From NCBI GenBank assembly GCA_902525795.1, contig CABZIT010000001.1, positions 19,458 through 83,457 of the forward strand: a DNA stretch of 64,000 bases, in the 5' to 3' direction. Below, piece after piece: positions 35,564 through 44,904 of the stretch; position 1 is the first letter of the stretch; every line of letters starts with the position of its first letter. Position numbers and translations under genes: made by a program. The notes under the pieces are model-generated. The model saw only the letters and a program-made list of their open reading frames with translations. It ran no database searches and had not been told where the DNA came from. Source of the stretch: an uncultured Bacteroidota bacterium (GTDB lineage: Bacteria > Bacteroidota > Bacteroidia > Flavobacteriales > Flavobacteriaceae).

Positions 35564-36928
35564 ATGGTAAAAAAATATGCCGGAAGATATTCTAGGTTTC
35601 TTAGACCTATTTCAATAGTCACTGATTTAATTGTTGTCAACTCATTTATTTTTTTATTTATTTTCTATAATGACATTTTTTTAGGAAAGCTTACATATAT
35701 TATTTTTTCATTTTTATGGATTGCCTCTTCTTTGTTAACCCGTTTTTATGAGGTTTATAGATTTACTAAAGTCTTAAGGATATTTACGATAATTTTTTAC
35801 CAGTTTGTTTTGTTCACAGTGCTTGTATTTGCATATTTTGGGGTTACAGACTCAAACGAAGCAGATTCTTTGACAGTGTTTCTTTATATTACTTATTGTT
35901 TTATTCCAATTGCTGGCTTTAAGTTACTGTTATATTATGGTTTACAAAGATACAGACTAGGTTTTGGTGGCAATTTTAGGAAAACAATCATAATTGGAAA
36001 TAATGATGCTGTCTCCGAACTTAAGGATTTTTTCACAACCCAAAAGGAGCTTGGATATGAAAATAGAAAGACTTTTCAATTTAAATCTCCACATGATTTT
36101 GACATAGAATCATGTTTTATTTTTATTTTAAATAACAATATTGACGAGGTATACTGTTCAGCAAATGAGCTAAAAAAAGACCAAATAAAATCATTGGTGC
36201 TTTTTTGTGAAAACAACTTTAAAATTTTAAAATTTATTTCTGAAAGGGGAGGTATTCTTTCCAAAAAACTTCAGTCAGACACCTATGGTTTTTCAACAGT
36301 GCAATCTCTTAGACCAATGCCTTTGTCAAACGATTACAACTCATTTATAAAGCGTTTTTTTGATATTATATTTTCATTTTTAGTTATTGTTTTCATTTTA
36401 TCTTGGGTTACCCCTTTAATAGCATTACTAATTAAAATTGAAAGTAAAGGACCTGTTTTTTTTAAACAAACTAGAAATGGAATAAAATACAAAGAGTTTA
36501 CATGCTTTAAATTTAGGTCTATGTTTGAAAACAAGACTGCTGACACTCAACAGGCAACAAAAAATGATGTAAGAGTTACACGAGTTGGAAGGTTTTTACG
36601 AAAAACTAGTATTGACGAATTGCCTCAATTTTTTAATGTTTTGATGGGGGACATGTCTGTTGTTGGTCCTAGACCACATATGATCAAGGAAAATGAAAAA
36701 TATTCAAAATCAATAAAAAAGTTTATGGTTAGACACTTTGTGAAGCCTGGTATCACGGGAATGGCACAAGTTAAGGGATACAGAGGTGAAATTGAGACTG
36801 AAACGGATATTAAAAATAGAGTTAAATACGATATTTATTATCTAGAGAACTGGACCTTATTATTAGATTTAAATATTATATTTCTAACTTCAATTAATTT
36901 TTTAACTGGACAAAAAAAGGCATATTAA
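35564..36928 (+). CDS. Initiating polyprenyl-phosphate sugar-phosphotransferase (WbaP/WcaJ family)
   Basis: N-terminal 4-5 TM segments and a central linker. The C-terminal bacterial sugar transferase domain has KRFFDIIFS, GPVFFKQTRNG, DELPQFFNVLMGDMSVVGPRP and GITGMAQV. Confidence 0.88.
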   Translation: MVKKYAGRYSRFLRPISIVTDLIVVNSFIFLFIFYNDIFLGKLTYIIFSFLWIASSLLTRFYEVYRFTKVLRIFTIIFYQFVLFTVLVFAYFGVTDSNEADSLTVFLYITYCFIPIAGFKLLLYYGLQRYRLGFGGNFRKTIIIGNNDAVSELKDFFTTQKELGYENRKTFQFKSPHDFDIESCFIFILNNNIDEVYCSANELKKDQIKSLVLFCENNFKILKFISERGGILSKKLQSDTYGFSTVQSLRPMPLSNDYNSFIKRFFDIIFSFLVIVFILSWVTPLIALLIKIESKGPVFFKQTRNGIKYKEFTCFKFRSMFENKTADTQQATKNDVRVTRVGRFLRKTSIDELPQFFNVLMGDMSVVGPRPHMIKENEKYSKSIKKFMVRHFVKPGITGMAQVKGYRGEIETETDIKNRVKYDIYYLENWTLLLDLNIIFLTSINFLTGQKKAY

Positions 36929-36929
36929 A

Positions 36930-38201
36930 ATGAATGTACTTATTTTGGGCTCTGGCGGAAGAGAGCATTGCTTTGCAGAACTAATTTCTAAAAGCAAGCA
37001 TTGCGATAAGCTTTTTGTTGCTCCCGGTAATTCTGGAACAAGTTTAATGGCACAAAACTTGGATTTTTCCCCCATAGATTTTGATTTAGTCAAAGGGGCT
37101 ATAACAAAGCACAATATACAATTAGTTGTTGTCGGGCCTGAGGACCCATTGGTTAGCGGAATACATGATTTTATTGTATCAGACCCAATTTTGAAAGGAG
37201 TTAAGGTGATTGGGCCTAAGCAACAAGCTGCACAATTAGAGGGAAGTAAAGATTTTGCTAAAAACTTTTTGAATCGCCACAATATTCCTACCGCCAAACA
37301 TCAAACCTTTACGACTAGACAATTTGAAGAGGCATGTGAATACATAGAGAATAATTCTCCACCATATGTTTTGAAAGCTGATGGTCTTGCGGCCGGAAAA
37401 GGAGTTTTAATAATTGACAATGTCAATCAAGCGAAGGATGAGCTTTATCAAATGTTAGTTAAGTCCAAATTTGGATCAGCTAGTTCATCTGTTGTTATTG
37501 AAGAGTTTTTAGAGGGGATTGAATTAAGCTGCTTTGTTTTAACAGATGGAAAAAATTATAAAATGCTGCCAAGTGCAAAAGATTACAAAAGAATTGGAGA
37601 AGGAGATACGGGACTGAATACCGGGGGAATGGGAGCAATATCACCACCTCCTTTCCTTAACGATAAAATCAGAAGTAAAATAGAAAAGAGAATAATTTAT
37701 CCAACGATTAAAGGTTTAGAATTAGACAAGTTAGATTATACAGGTTTTGTTTTTTTTGGTTTAATTCTTGTTGATGAAGATCCTTATGTAATCGAATATA
37801 ATGTCAGAATGGGAGATCCCGAAACCCAAGTTGTTTTACCAAGAATTAATTCAGATTTTTTAGAACTTTTATTCTCTGTTCATACAGGTGCCTTAAGTGA
37901 TTATGATTTAAAAATTAACGAAAGTAGTGCTGCAACCGTTGTAATGGTATCAGGCGGCTACCCAGAAACTTATAAAAAAAACATGGATATAAAAGGACTC
38001 GATAAGGTAAAAGAATCAAAAGTGTATCACGCAGGAGTTATAAAAGAGAAAGGTTTGCTAAAAACTAATGGAGGTAGAGTCCTTGCTGTTACATCATTAG
38101 GAGAAAATGTCGATAGAGCGCTAAAAACTTCATATCACTCCATTGGTAAGATTAGATTTAAGAACCAATATTATAGAAAAGACATAGGTTTTGATTTATA
38201 G
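36930..38201 (+). CDS. purD: Phosphoribosylamine--glycine ligase
   Basis: MNVLILGSGGREH, APGN.GT, LKADGLAAGKGV, GDTGLNTGGMGA and EYNVRMGDPE; 423 aa. Confidence 0.95.
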   Translation: MNVLILGSGGREHCFAELISKSKHCDKLFVAPGNSGTSLMAQNLDFSPIDFDLVKGAITKHNIQLVVVGPEDPLVSGIHDFIVSDPILKGVKVIGPKQQAAQLEGSKDFAKNFLNRHNIPTAKHQTFTTRQFEEACEYIENNSPPYVLKADGLAAGKGVLIIDNVNQAKDELYQMLVKSKFGSASSSVVIEEFLEGIELSCFVLTDGKNYKMLPSAKDYKRIGEGDTGLNTGGMGAISPPPFLNDKIRSKIEKRIIYPTIKGLELDKLDYTGFVFFGLILVDEDPYVIEYNVRMGDPETQVVLPRINSDFLELLFSVHTGALSDYDLKINESSAATVVMVSGGYPETYKKNMDIKGLDKVKESKVYHAGVIKEKGLLKTNGGRVLAVTSLGENVDRALKTSYHSIGKIRFKNQYYRKDIGFDL

Positions 38202-38423
38202 ATAATCATGAGCAGTAATACTCATGTCTTCTTCATTGTTATCATCAAATTTTTTGAGTTGAATCATCCAATAAGTAAATGCACAAATTCCAATTGCAGT
38301 AAATATCCACGCCATTATATTTGATAGCCACCAGTTATAATTACCTAGCTCTCTTAAAGCATCAAAAGGGATAAAGAAGTAGTTAACAAAAAGATTTTCA
38401 ATTCCGTAAAAAAACTCTTTCAT
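38196..38423 (-). CDS. Small two-TM membrane protein conserved in Flavobacteriia (function unknown)
   Basis: A 75-aa protein (FF.GIENLF...PFDALRELG..NWW.SN...WIF..IG..AF.YWM.QLKKFDDNNEED). It resembles a small family often mis-annotated next to upp; the family name is not certain. Confidence 0.5.
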   Translation of the reverse strand: MKEFFYGIENLFVNYFFIPFDALRELGNYNWWLSNIMAWIFTAIGICAFTYWMIQLKKFDDNNEEDMSITAHDYL

Positions 38424-38584
38424 TTTACTTTAAATTTATATTTTGTGAATATACAACCTTTTGATGATTTTTTCCTTTTTTAAATCAACGCCCCCCAATT
38501 TCTTTTGCATTCTTAGCATTAATTGGTGTCTTTTTTTTAAGTTTAGCAAGCTCAGAAAATATAGCTGGTGAGCTTAAAAAGTGA

Positions 38585-38869
38585 TCAAATATCATCGACA
38601 TCTACAGTAAGCTCATTTGATGTTGGGTACCCTTGACAGGTCAAAATCATACCTTCATCAATTTCACTGTCAGTTAAAATATAATTCTGTTCCAATTCTA
38701 CGCTTCCAAATTTCAGTTTTGCAATACAAGTTGCGCACGCTCCACCTTTACATGAATAGGGGGCATCTATATCATTTTCAATAGCAGTATCTAAAATGGT
38801 TTTGTTTTTGTCCCCTGCCACGGTAGTTTTCACACCATCAACTATAAATGTTATTTTTATTGAACTCAA
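38585..38869 (-). CDS. Plant-type [2Fe-2S] ferredoxin
   Basis: Cluster ligands CKGGACATC...(28 aa)...C (C-x4-C-x2-C...C) in a 94-aa beta-grasp-sized protein. TTG start. Confidence 0.85.
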   Translation of the reverse strand: MSSIKITFIVDGVKTTVAGDKNKTILDTAIENDIDAPYSCKGGACATCIAKLKFGSVELEQNYILTDSEIDEGMILTCQGYPTSNELTVDVDDI

Positions 38870-38992
38870 AACATATATTTTAGGCTAATTTAACTAATTT
38901 CATTGTACCGATGAATGCAAAAAAAGTATTTGAACACAATATGTTCTAAATGTATCGGTTTTATTATTTAAAATTAAATTTTTTTAAAGTCT

Positions 38993-41485
38993 GTGAAGAG
39001 TAATTTTATATATATTTTTTTCATCCTTCTAATTTTAGGCTCATGCTCTAGAAAAAAAGACAAATTCTTAAATAAAAAGTTTCACTCAACCACCACCAAG
39101 TATAATTATCTGTTTAACGGAAACAATCTTCTTGTCCAGGGCATAGATCAGGCAAATTCAGGGCTGACAGAAAATTTTTGGGAATTAATTCCAATTGAAA
39201 AGTTTGATTTAAAGAAGATTAATGAAAAAGAAAATGAGCAATCAATATTCACTGATGCTGAAGAAAAAGCAACATTAGCAATCCAGAAACATTCGATGAG
39301 CATAATGGGTGAGGAGAGAAACCCTATCATGGACAAGGCATACTTATTACTTGGAAAGTCAAGATATTATGATGGAAGGTATATTCCCTCGCTTGAGGCA
39401 TTGAATTACATATTGTACAAGTACCCAAAAAGTGAGTTAATAAATGAAGTAAAAATTTGGAAAGAGAAAATAAACATAAAGCTAAATCAAAATGAATTTG
39501 CGCAATCAAATTTGAGAGATTTACTTGAACAAAACAACTTGAGCAATTTGGACAGGTATAATATATATAGTCTTTTGGCTCAAGCAGCAATCAACATGCA
39601 ACAGTTTGACAATGCAATTTCTTATTTACAAAACTCTTTGGAGATTGGTTTAAAACCAGAAAAAACATACAGAAACAAGTTTTTATTATCGCAATTATAT
39701 GAAAGAAAAGGAATTCACGACACGGCTTTTACCGAGTATTCAGAAATTATTGATTTTAACAGAAAAATTCCAAGGGAGTTTTACATTCAGTCATTTCTAA
39801 AAAAGTCTAACGTAACAGATTCTCTAAGTCTTTCTGTAAGTGAGCTAAGTGATCTTATCAAAAATTATGAGAACAACAAATTTTTAGATATAATAAATTT
39901 TCAGCTAGCAAAACTGTACTTAAATGAATTCAAGCTAAAACAAATAAAAGAGTTTGAGTCAAAAAGTATTGGGTTTTTCAATAAATCATTAGAACAAAAC
40001 TCTAGCGATAACTATTTAGTTTCCAGAAATTATTTGAATTTAGCTGAGATAAATTTTAACAATAAAAATTATTTTGAAGCAGGATTGTATTATGATAGCA
40101 CACTTACTAAGCTAGACCAAAAGACTAAGGAAGCTAGAACAATTAAAAGAAGAAGAGAAAGTTTAAGTGACTTGATATTTTATGAGAAAGCAAAACAGCA
40201 ATCAGATAGTCTGGTTGCTTTGTTTTCTATGAATGATGAACAACAGTTTAAATTTTTTGAAAATTATTTAACCAAATTGGATTCAGAAAGAAAGAAAACA
40301 GTTAGTCGAGATTTTGGGTCCCAAAATAGCTTTGATATTAAACCAATTAAAGAAAGCGCTGTATTCTATTTTTATAACCCCAACACAGTTGCTTACGGAA
40401 AGACCAACTTCAGGAACTATTGGGGAAATAGAAAACTAAAAGATAATTGGAGATGGTCTATTGAGCAAAAGGAAAAATCAGTTAAAAGTCAAATTTCAGA
40501 ATCGGCTATCGCTAATAGGAGCATGGAAGACAGGGTAAAATTGATTTTAGAAATGATTCCAAAAGAATCTAAACAAATTGATAGTGTTAAACAATCAAGG
40601 CAGGAAATTTACTATAAACTGGGGTCAATTTACAAAGACCAATTTGATGAACCACAATTATCAAATGATATTTTTTACAATTTATTAAATTTTAATTTGG
40701 ATAAAAAGCTTATTCCTCCAACCAAATATTTTATATACAAAAACTTAGTCAGTCTAGATTCATTAAGTGCAGCAGAAAATTTTAAAAATCAAATAATTGA
40801 AAATCATCCTGAATCAAAATATGCTGCAATTTTATTGGATCCGAATTATAATTTGAATAATCTTTTAAATTCTTATGAAGAATATAAAAAAGCTTATGAT
40901 GTTTATTTGGATCAAAACTATGAGGAGTCCTTAGCTATTTGCGAGTCATTGGTTAAAGAACTTGAGGGAGATGTTTTACTACCAAAGTTTGAGCTTCTAA
41001 GAGCTCAATGCATTGCCAAGATATACGGATATGACAAATATGAAGAAGCTTTAGAGGATATAAAACTTAATTATTCTGCCACAAAGGAAGGTAAGAATGC
41101 AGAAATTATAATTAATGAAATATTACCATTGGTTGCAGATAGGGGTTTTAAAAGAATTGACGAAGGAAATTCTTTTAAGTTAGTTTATGAGTTTTTAGAC
41201 TCTGCTGATGCGGCCATTCAAGATAAAATTTCACAAATAAATGAATACTTAAAAAGTATTCAAATACTCGATTTAAACGTATCTGTGGATTATTATAATA
41301 ATATTACTAAATTTGTTGTAATTCACGGTATTACAAGCTTTGAAGGAGGAGTGGGGCTATCTGAAAATATTGCAGAACTTTTTGATGAGATAATTGAGCC
41401 ATCATTTATTAGTTCTTCTACAAATTATAAAACCATTCAAATACATAAAAATTTAAATGAATATAAATTAAAAAATTCTTTATGA
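38993..41485 (+). CDS. TPR-repeat lipoprotein, PorW/SprE-like type IX secretion / gliding component
   Basis: Lipobox and N-terminus (LILGSCSRKKDKFLNKKFHSTTTKYNYLFNGN) match the SprE/PorW opening as I remember it. About 830 aa of TPR-like helical repeats. GTG start. Confidence 0.55.
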   Translation: MKSNFIYIFFILLILGSCSRKKDKFLNKKFHSTTTKYNYLFNGNNLLVQGIDQANSGLTENFWELIPIEKFDLKKINEKENEQSIFTDAEEKATLAIQKHSMSIMGEERNPIMDKAYLLLGKSRYYDGRYIPSLEALNYILYKYPKSELINEVKIWKEKINIKLNQNEFAQSNLRDLLEQNNLSNLDRYNIYSLLAQAAINMQQFDNAISYLQNSLEIGLKPEKTYRNKFLLSQLYERKGIHDTAFTEYSEIIDFNRKIPREFYIQSFLKKSNVTDSLSLSVSELSDLIKNYENNKFLDIINFQLAKLYLNEFKLKQIKEFESKSIGFFNKSLEQNSSDNYLVSRNYLNLAEINFNNKNYFEAGLYYDSTLTKLDQKTKEARTIKRRRESLSDLIFYEKAKQQSDSLVALFSMNDEQQFKFFENYLTKLDSERKKTVSRDFGSQNSFDIKPIKESAVFYFYNPNTVAYGKTNFRNYWGNRKLKDNWRWSIEQKEKSVKSQISESAIANRSMEDRVKLILEMIPKESKQIDSVKQSRQEIYYKLGSIYKDQFDEPQLSNDIFYNLLNFNLDKKLIPPTKYFIYKNLVSLDSLSAAENFKNQIIENHPESKYAAILLDPNYNLNNLLNSYEEYKKAYDVYLDQNYEESLAICESLVKELEGDVLLPKFELLRAQCIAKIYGYDKYEEALEDIKLNYSATKEGKNAEIIINEILPLVADRGFKRIDEGNSFKLVYEFLDSADAAIQDKISQINEYLKSIQILDLNVSVDYYNNITKFVVIHGITSFEGGVGLSENIAELFDEIIEPSFISSSTNYKTIQIHKNLNEYKLKNSL

Positions 41486-41865
41486 GCAACAATCAACAAA
41501 ATATGATAACACAAGGCACAATTTTAAAGGGAGATATAATAAGTGAAGGGGACTTTAGAGTTGAGGGCACAATTAATGGCAGCTTGAAAACATCTGGGAA
41601 AATTGTTGTAGGAAAAACGGGAATGATTGATGGAAGTATAGATGCTGAAAATGCAGATTTTGAGGGAGGATTTACAGGAAAATTAAAACTTAATGGAACG
41701 CTAGTACTTAGGTCATCAGCTTACATAGAGGGAGAGGTATCAATATCCAAACTTTCAGTTGAGCCCGGAGCAACATTTAATGCAACTTGTAGCATGGAAA
41801 ATGGGGTTAAAGAGCTGAGTATAAAAGAAGAAATAGAAAGCCCTGAAAAAGAAAAAACAGCATAA
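41482..41865 (+). CDS. Bactofilin-family polymer-forming cytoskeletal protein
   Basis: Repetitive beta-helix windings (GDIISEGDFRVEGTINGSLKTSGKIVVGKTGMIDGSIDAENADFEG.F.GKL) typical of DUF583/bactofilin. ATGA overlap with the upstream gene. Confidence 0.85.
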   Translation: MSNNQQNMITQGTILKGDIISEGDFRVEGTINGSLKTSGKIVVGKTGMIDGSIDAENADFEGGFTGKLKLNGTLVLRSSAYIEGEVSISKLSVEPGATFNATCSMENGVKELSIKEEIESPEKEKTA

Positions 41866-41896
41866 TTTCATAATTTACAGCCAGCTAGCATTCCAG

Positions 41897-42049
41897 ATGT
41901 TAATTGTAATAGGTGGTGGAGTTTTTTTAGGAATTAAATTGGACGCAATTTATCCCAACTCTTTTTCCTTTTTTACATTACTCTTTTCTTTTCTTTCCAT
42001 CATCATATCCATTTATTACACTTACACACAAGCATCTAAAAATGAATAA
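41897..42049 (+). CDS. AtpZ/AtpI-like small membrane protein of the atp operon (not in ORF track; true start probably upstream)
   Basis: Hand translation gives MLIVIGGGVFLGIKLDAIYPNSFSFFTLLFSFLSIIISIYYTYTQASKNE*. It has two TM helices with the G..LG..LD motif of AtpZ. The frame stays open upstream to 41837 (KALKKKKQHNFIIYSQLAFQ-). Confidence 0.6.
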   Translation: MLIVIGGGVFLGIKLDAIYPNSFSFFTLLFSFLSIIISIYYTYTQASKNE

Positions 42050-42428
42050 ATTCTCAGCTCCAATTCAAAGTCTAACATTACTGATATCTTTCTCATTGAT
42101 TTTGTATTTGTTGCATTACCTAATACTTGATAGTTATTTCTCGGGCGTTACTATTCCGATATTATCAATTTATTTATTTAATTTTTTTTCGGTATTTATA
42201 TTACTTTCTCTTTTTAGAATAAATATTGACCAACAATATTTTAGACCCATTGTTGTTTTTATTTCTTTAACTTTAATTAAGATGCTATTTGTTGTAATAT
42301 ATTTTATCTTAATGATAAATTACAATGACTTTGAAGCTACTTATCTTGTGTATAGCTTTTTTCCAGTCTATTTTGTCTTTTTAGCATTTGAAGTAATCTC
42401 ACTAAAAAAATGGTTAAATAATCTTTAA
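42042..42428 (+). CDS. Four-TM membrane protein of the atp operon (DUF6168-like, function unknown)
   Basis: A 128-aa hydrophobic protein between atpZ-like and atpB, a position conserved in Bacteroidetes atp operons as I recall. It overlaps the atpZ-like stop by 8 nt. Confidence 0.55.
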   Translation: MNKFSAPIQSLTLLISFSLILYLLHYLILDSYFSGVTIPILSIYLFNFFSVFILLSLFRINIDQQYFRPIVVFISLTLIKMLFVVIYFILMINYNDFEATYLVYSFFPVYFVFLAFEVISLKKWLNNL

Positions 42429-42469
42429 AAGTTCTTGTTTTTTTTTGTTTAAAATACACTATTAAGTAT

Positions 42470-42477
42470 TACATTTG
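42470..42477 (+). promoter_or_regulatory. Candidate -7 promoter box (TACATTTG) upstream of atpB
   Basis: Matches TAnnTTTG. A TTG lies 22 nt upstream (42445-42447), and the box is 31 nt before the atpB ATG, inside the only sizeable gap of the operon. Confidence 0.35.
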
Positions 42478-42508
42478 CAACCATATTAACAAAAGATTTT
42501 TGGAATAA

Positions 42509-43854
<1,346 letters not shown>

Positions 43855-43872
43855 TCACTTAAATTTATTAGT

Positions 43873-44367
43873 ATGGATTTAGTTACCCCAGATATTGGTC
43901 TTATTTTTTGGACAACAGTTTCGTTTGCTATTTTATATTTTATTCTTGCAAAATTTGCTTGGAAGCCAATTTTAGGAGCTGTCAATGAAAGAGAGAAATC
44001 AATCAAAGATGCACTTTCTGCAGCTGAAATAGCCAAAGAAGAAATGGCAAGTTTAAAGGCTGATAACGAAAAAATTCTTAACGAAGCAAAGCTACAGAGA
44101 GAGTCATTACTTAAGGAAGCAAGAGAAATCAGATCCAGAATTATTGCTGATGCTGAAAGTGAAGCAATAGAAAAGGCAAACAAGCTTATCGAGTCTGCAA
44201 AAACCGCTATTGAAAATGAAAAATCGGCTGCTATGAAAGAGCTCAATAACACCGTAGTTGATTTGTCTTTAAATATTGCTGAAAAACTCTTATCTAAAGA
44301 GCTTGATAATAAAGAAAAACAGCAAGAAAATATTCAAGAAATTCTTGAAAATACAAAACTTAATTAA
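43873..44367 (+). CDS. atpF: F0F1 ATP synthase subunit b
   Basis: A single N-terminal TM, then a long Ala/Glu/Lys-rich helix (KPILGAVNEREKSIKDALSAAE...). Confidence 0.9.
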   Translation: MDLVTPDIGLIFWTTVSFAILYFILAKFAWKPILGAVNEREKSIKDALSAAEIAKEEMASLKADNEKILNEAKLQRESLLKEAREIRSRIIADAESEAIEKANKLIESAKTAIENEKSAAMKELNNTVVDLSLNIAEKLLSKELDNKEKQQENIQEILENTKLN

Positions 44368-44897
44368 TGCAATCAAGAGCAGCTATTAGATACGCAAAAG
44401 CAATATATGAAATTTCAGATGAGGCAAATTTTATCAAAGAGATTTTTAATGATATGATTAGAATTAATAAGCTGAATCGTGATTCATCTGATTTCAAAAA
44501 TTTATTGTCAAATTCTACTATAGATAATTTTGATAAGAAAAAAGCAATTTTATCTTTATTAGAGAAAAACAACTCAATAACTGAAAAACTTTTAGATCTT
44601 TTGATCCATAATAAGAGGGTTGCTATTATAAGTGATATTGCAAGCTGTTTTATACAGTTGTATAACAAAAATAACAACATTAAAGAGGCAATTGTTATAA
44701 CTGCTTCCCCAATTGATAAGGATTTAGAGAAAAAGATTCTGTCTCAGATAAAAATTCCTGCGGCAAAATCAATCAACCTGATAAACCTTGTAGATTCAAG
44801 TATTATTGGGGGATTCATAATCAGATATGATGGTAAGGAATATAATGCTAGTATCAAACAAAACTTAAAAAATTTAAAAACAGAACTTATAAATTAA
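44367..44897 (+). CDS. atpH: F0F1 ATP synthase subunit delta (OSCP)
   Basis: [13 protein letters not shown] opening, ~176 aa, C-terminal [24 protein letters not shown] overlap with atpF. Confidence 0.9.
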   Translation: MQSRAAIRYAKAIYEISDEANFIKEIFNDMIRINKLNRDSSDFKNLLSNSTIDNFDKKKAILSLLEKNNSITEKLLDLLIHNKRVAIISDIASCFIQLYNKNNNIKEAIVITASPIDKDLEKKILSQIKIPAAKSINLINLVDSSIIGGFIIRYDGKEYNASIKQNLKNLKTELIN

Positions 44898-44904
44898 AAA
44901 AATT

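Noticed and set aside
29575-36928. A7-A8 / T8-T10 homopolymer tracts in glycan genes as phase-variation switches
   Set aside because: Tracts of this length are common throughout this AT-rich window, including in housekeeping genes and intergenic DNA. All affected ORFs are intact.
36902-37297. 131-codon minus-strand ORF at the start of purD
   Set aside because: It lies entirely antisense to purD, whose motifs are unambiguous, and it has no recognisable domain. The same reasoning applies to the many 60-125-codon antisense ORFs in the track (for example 342-560, 1582-1959, 4029-4319, 9718-10008, 13896-14216, 16764-17057, 45048-45362).
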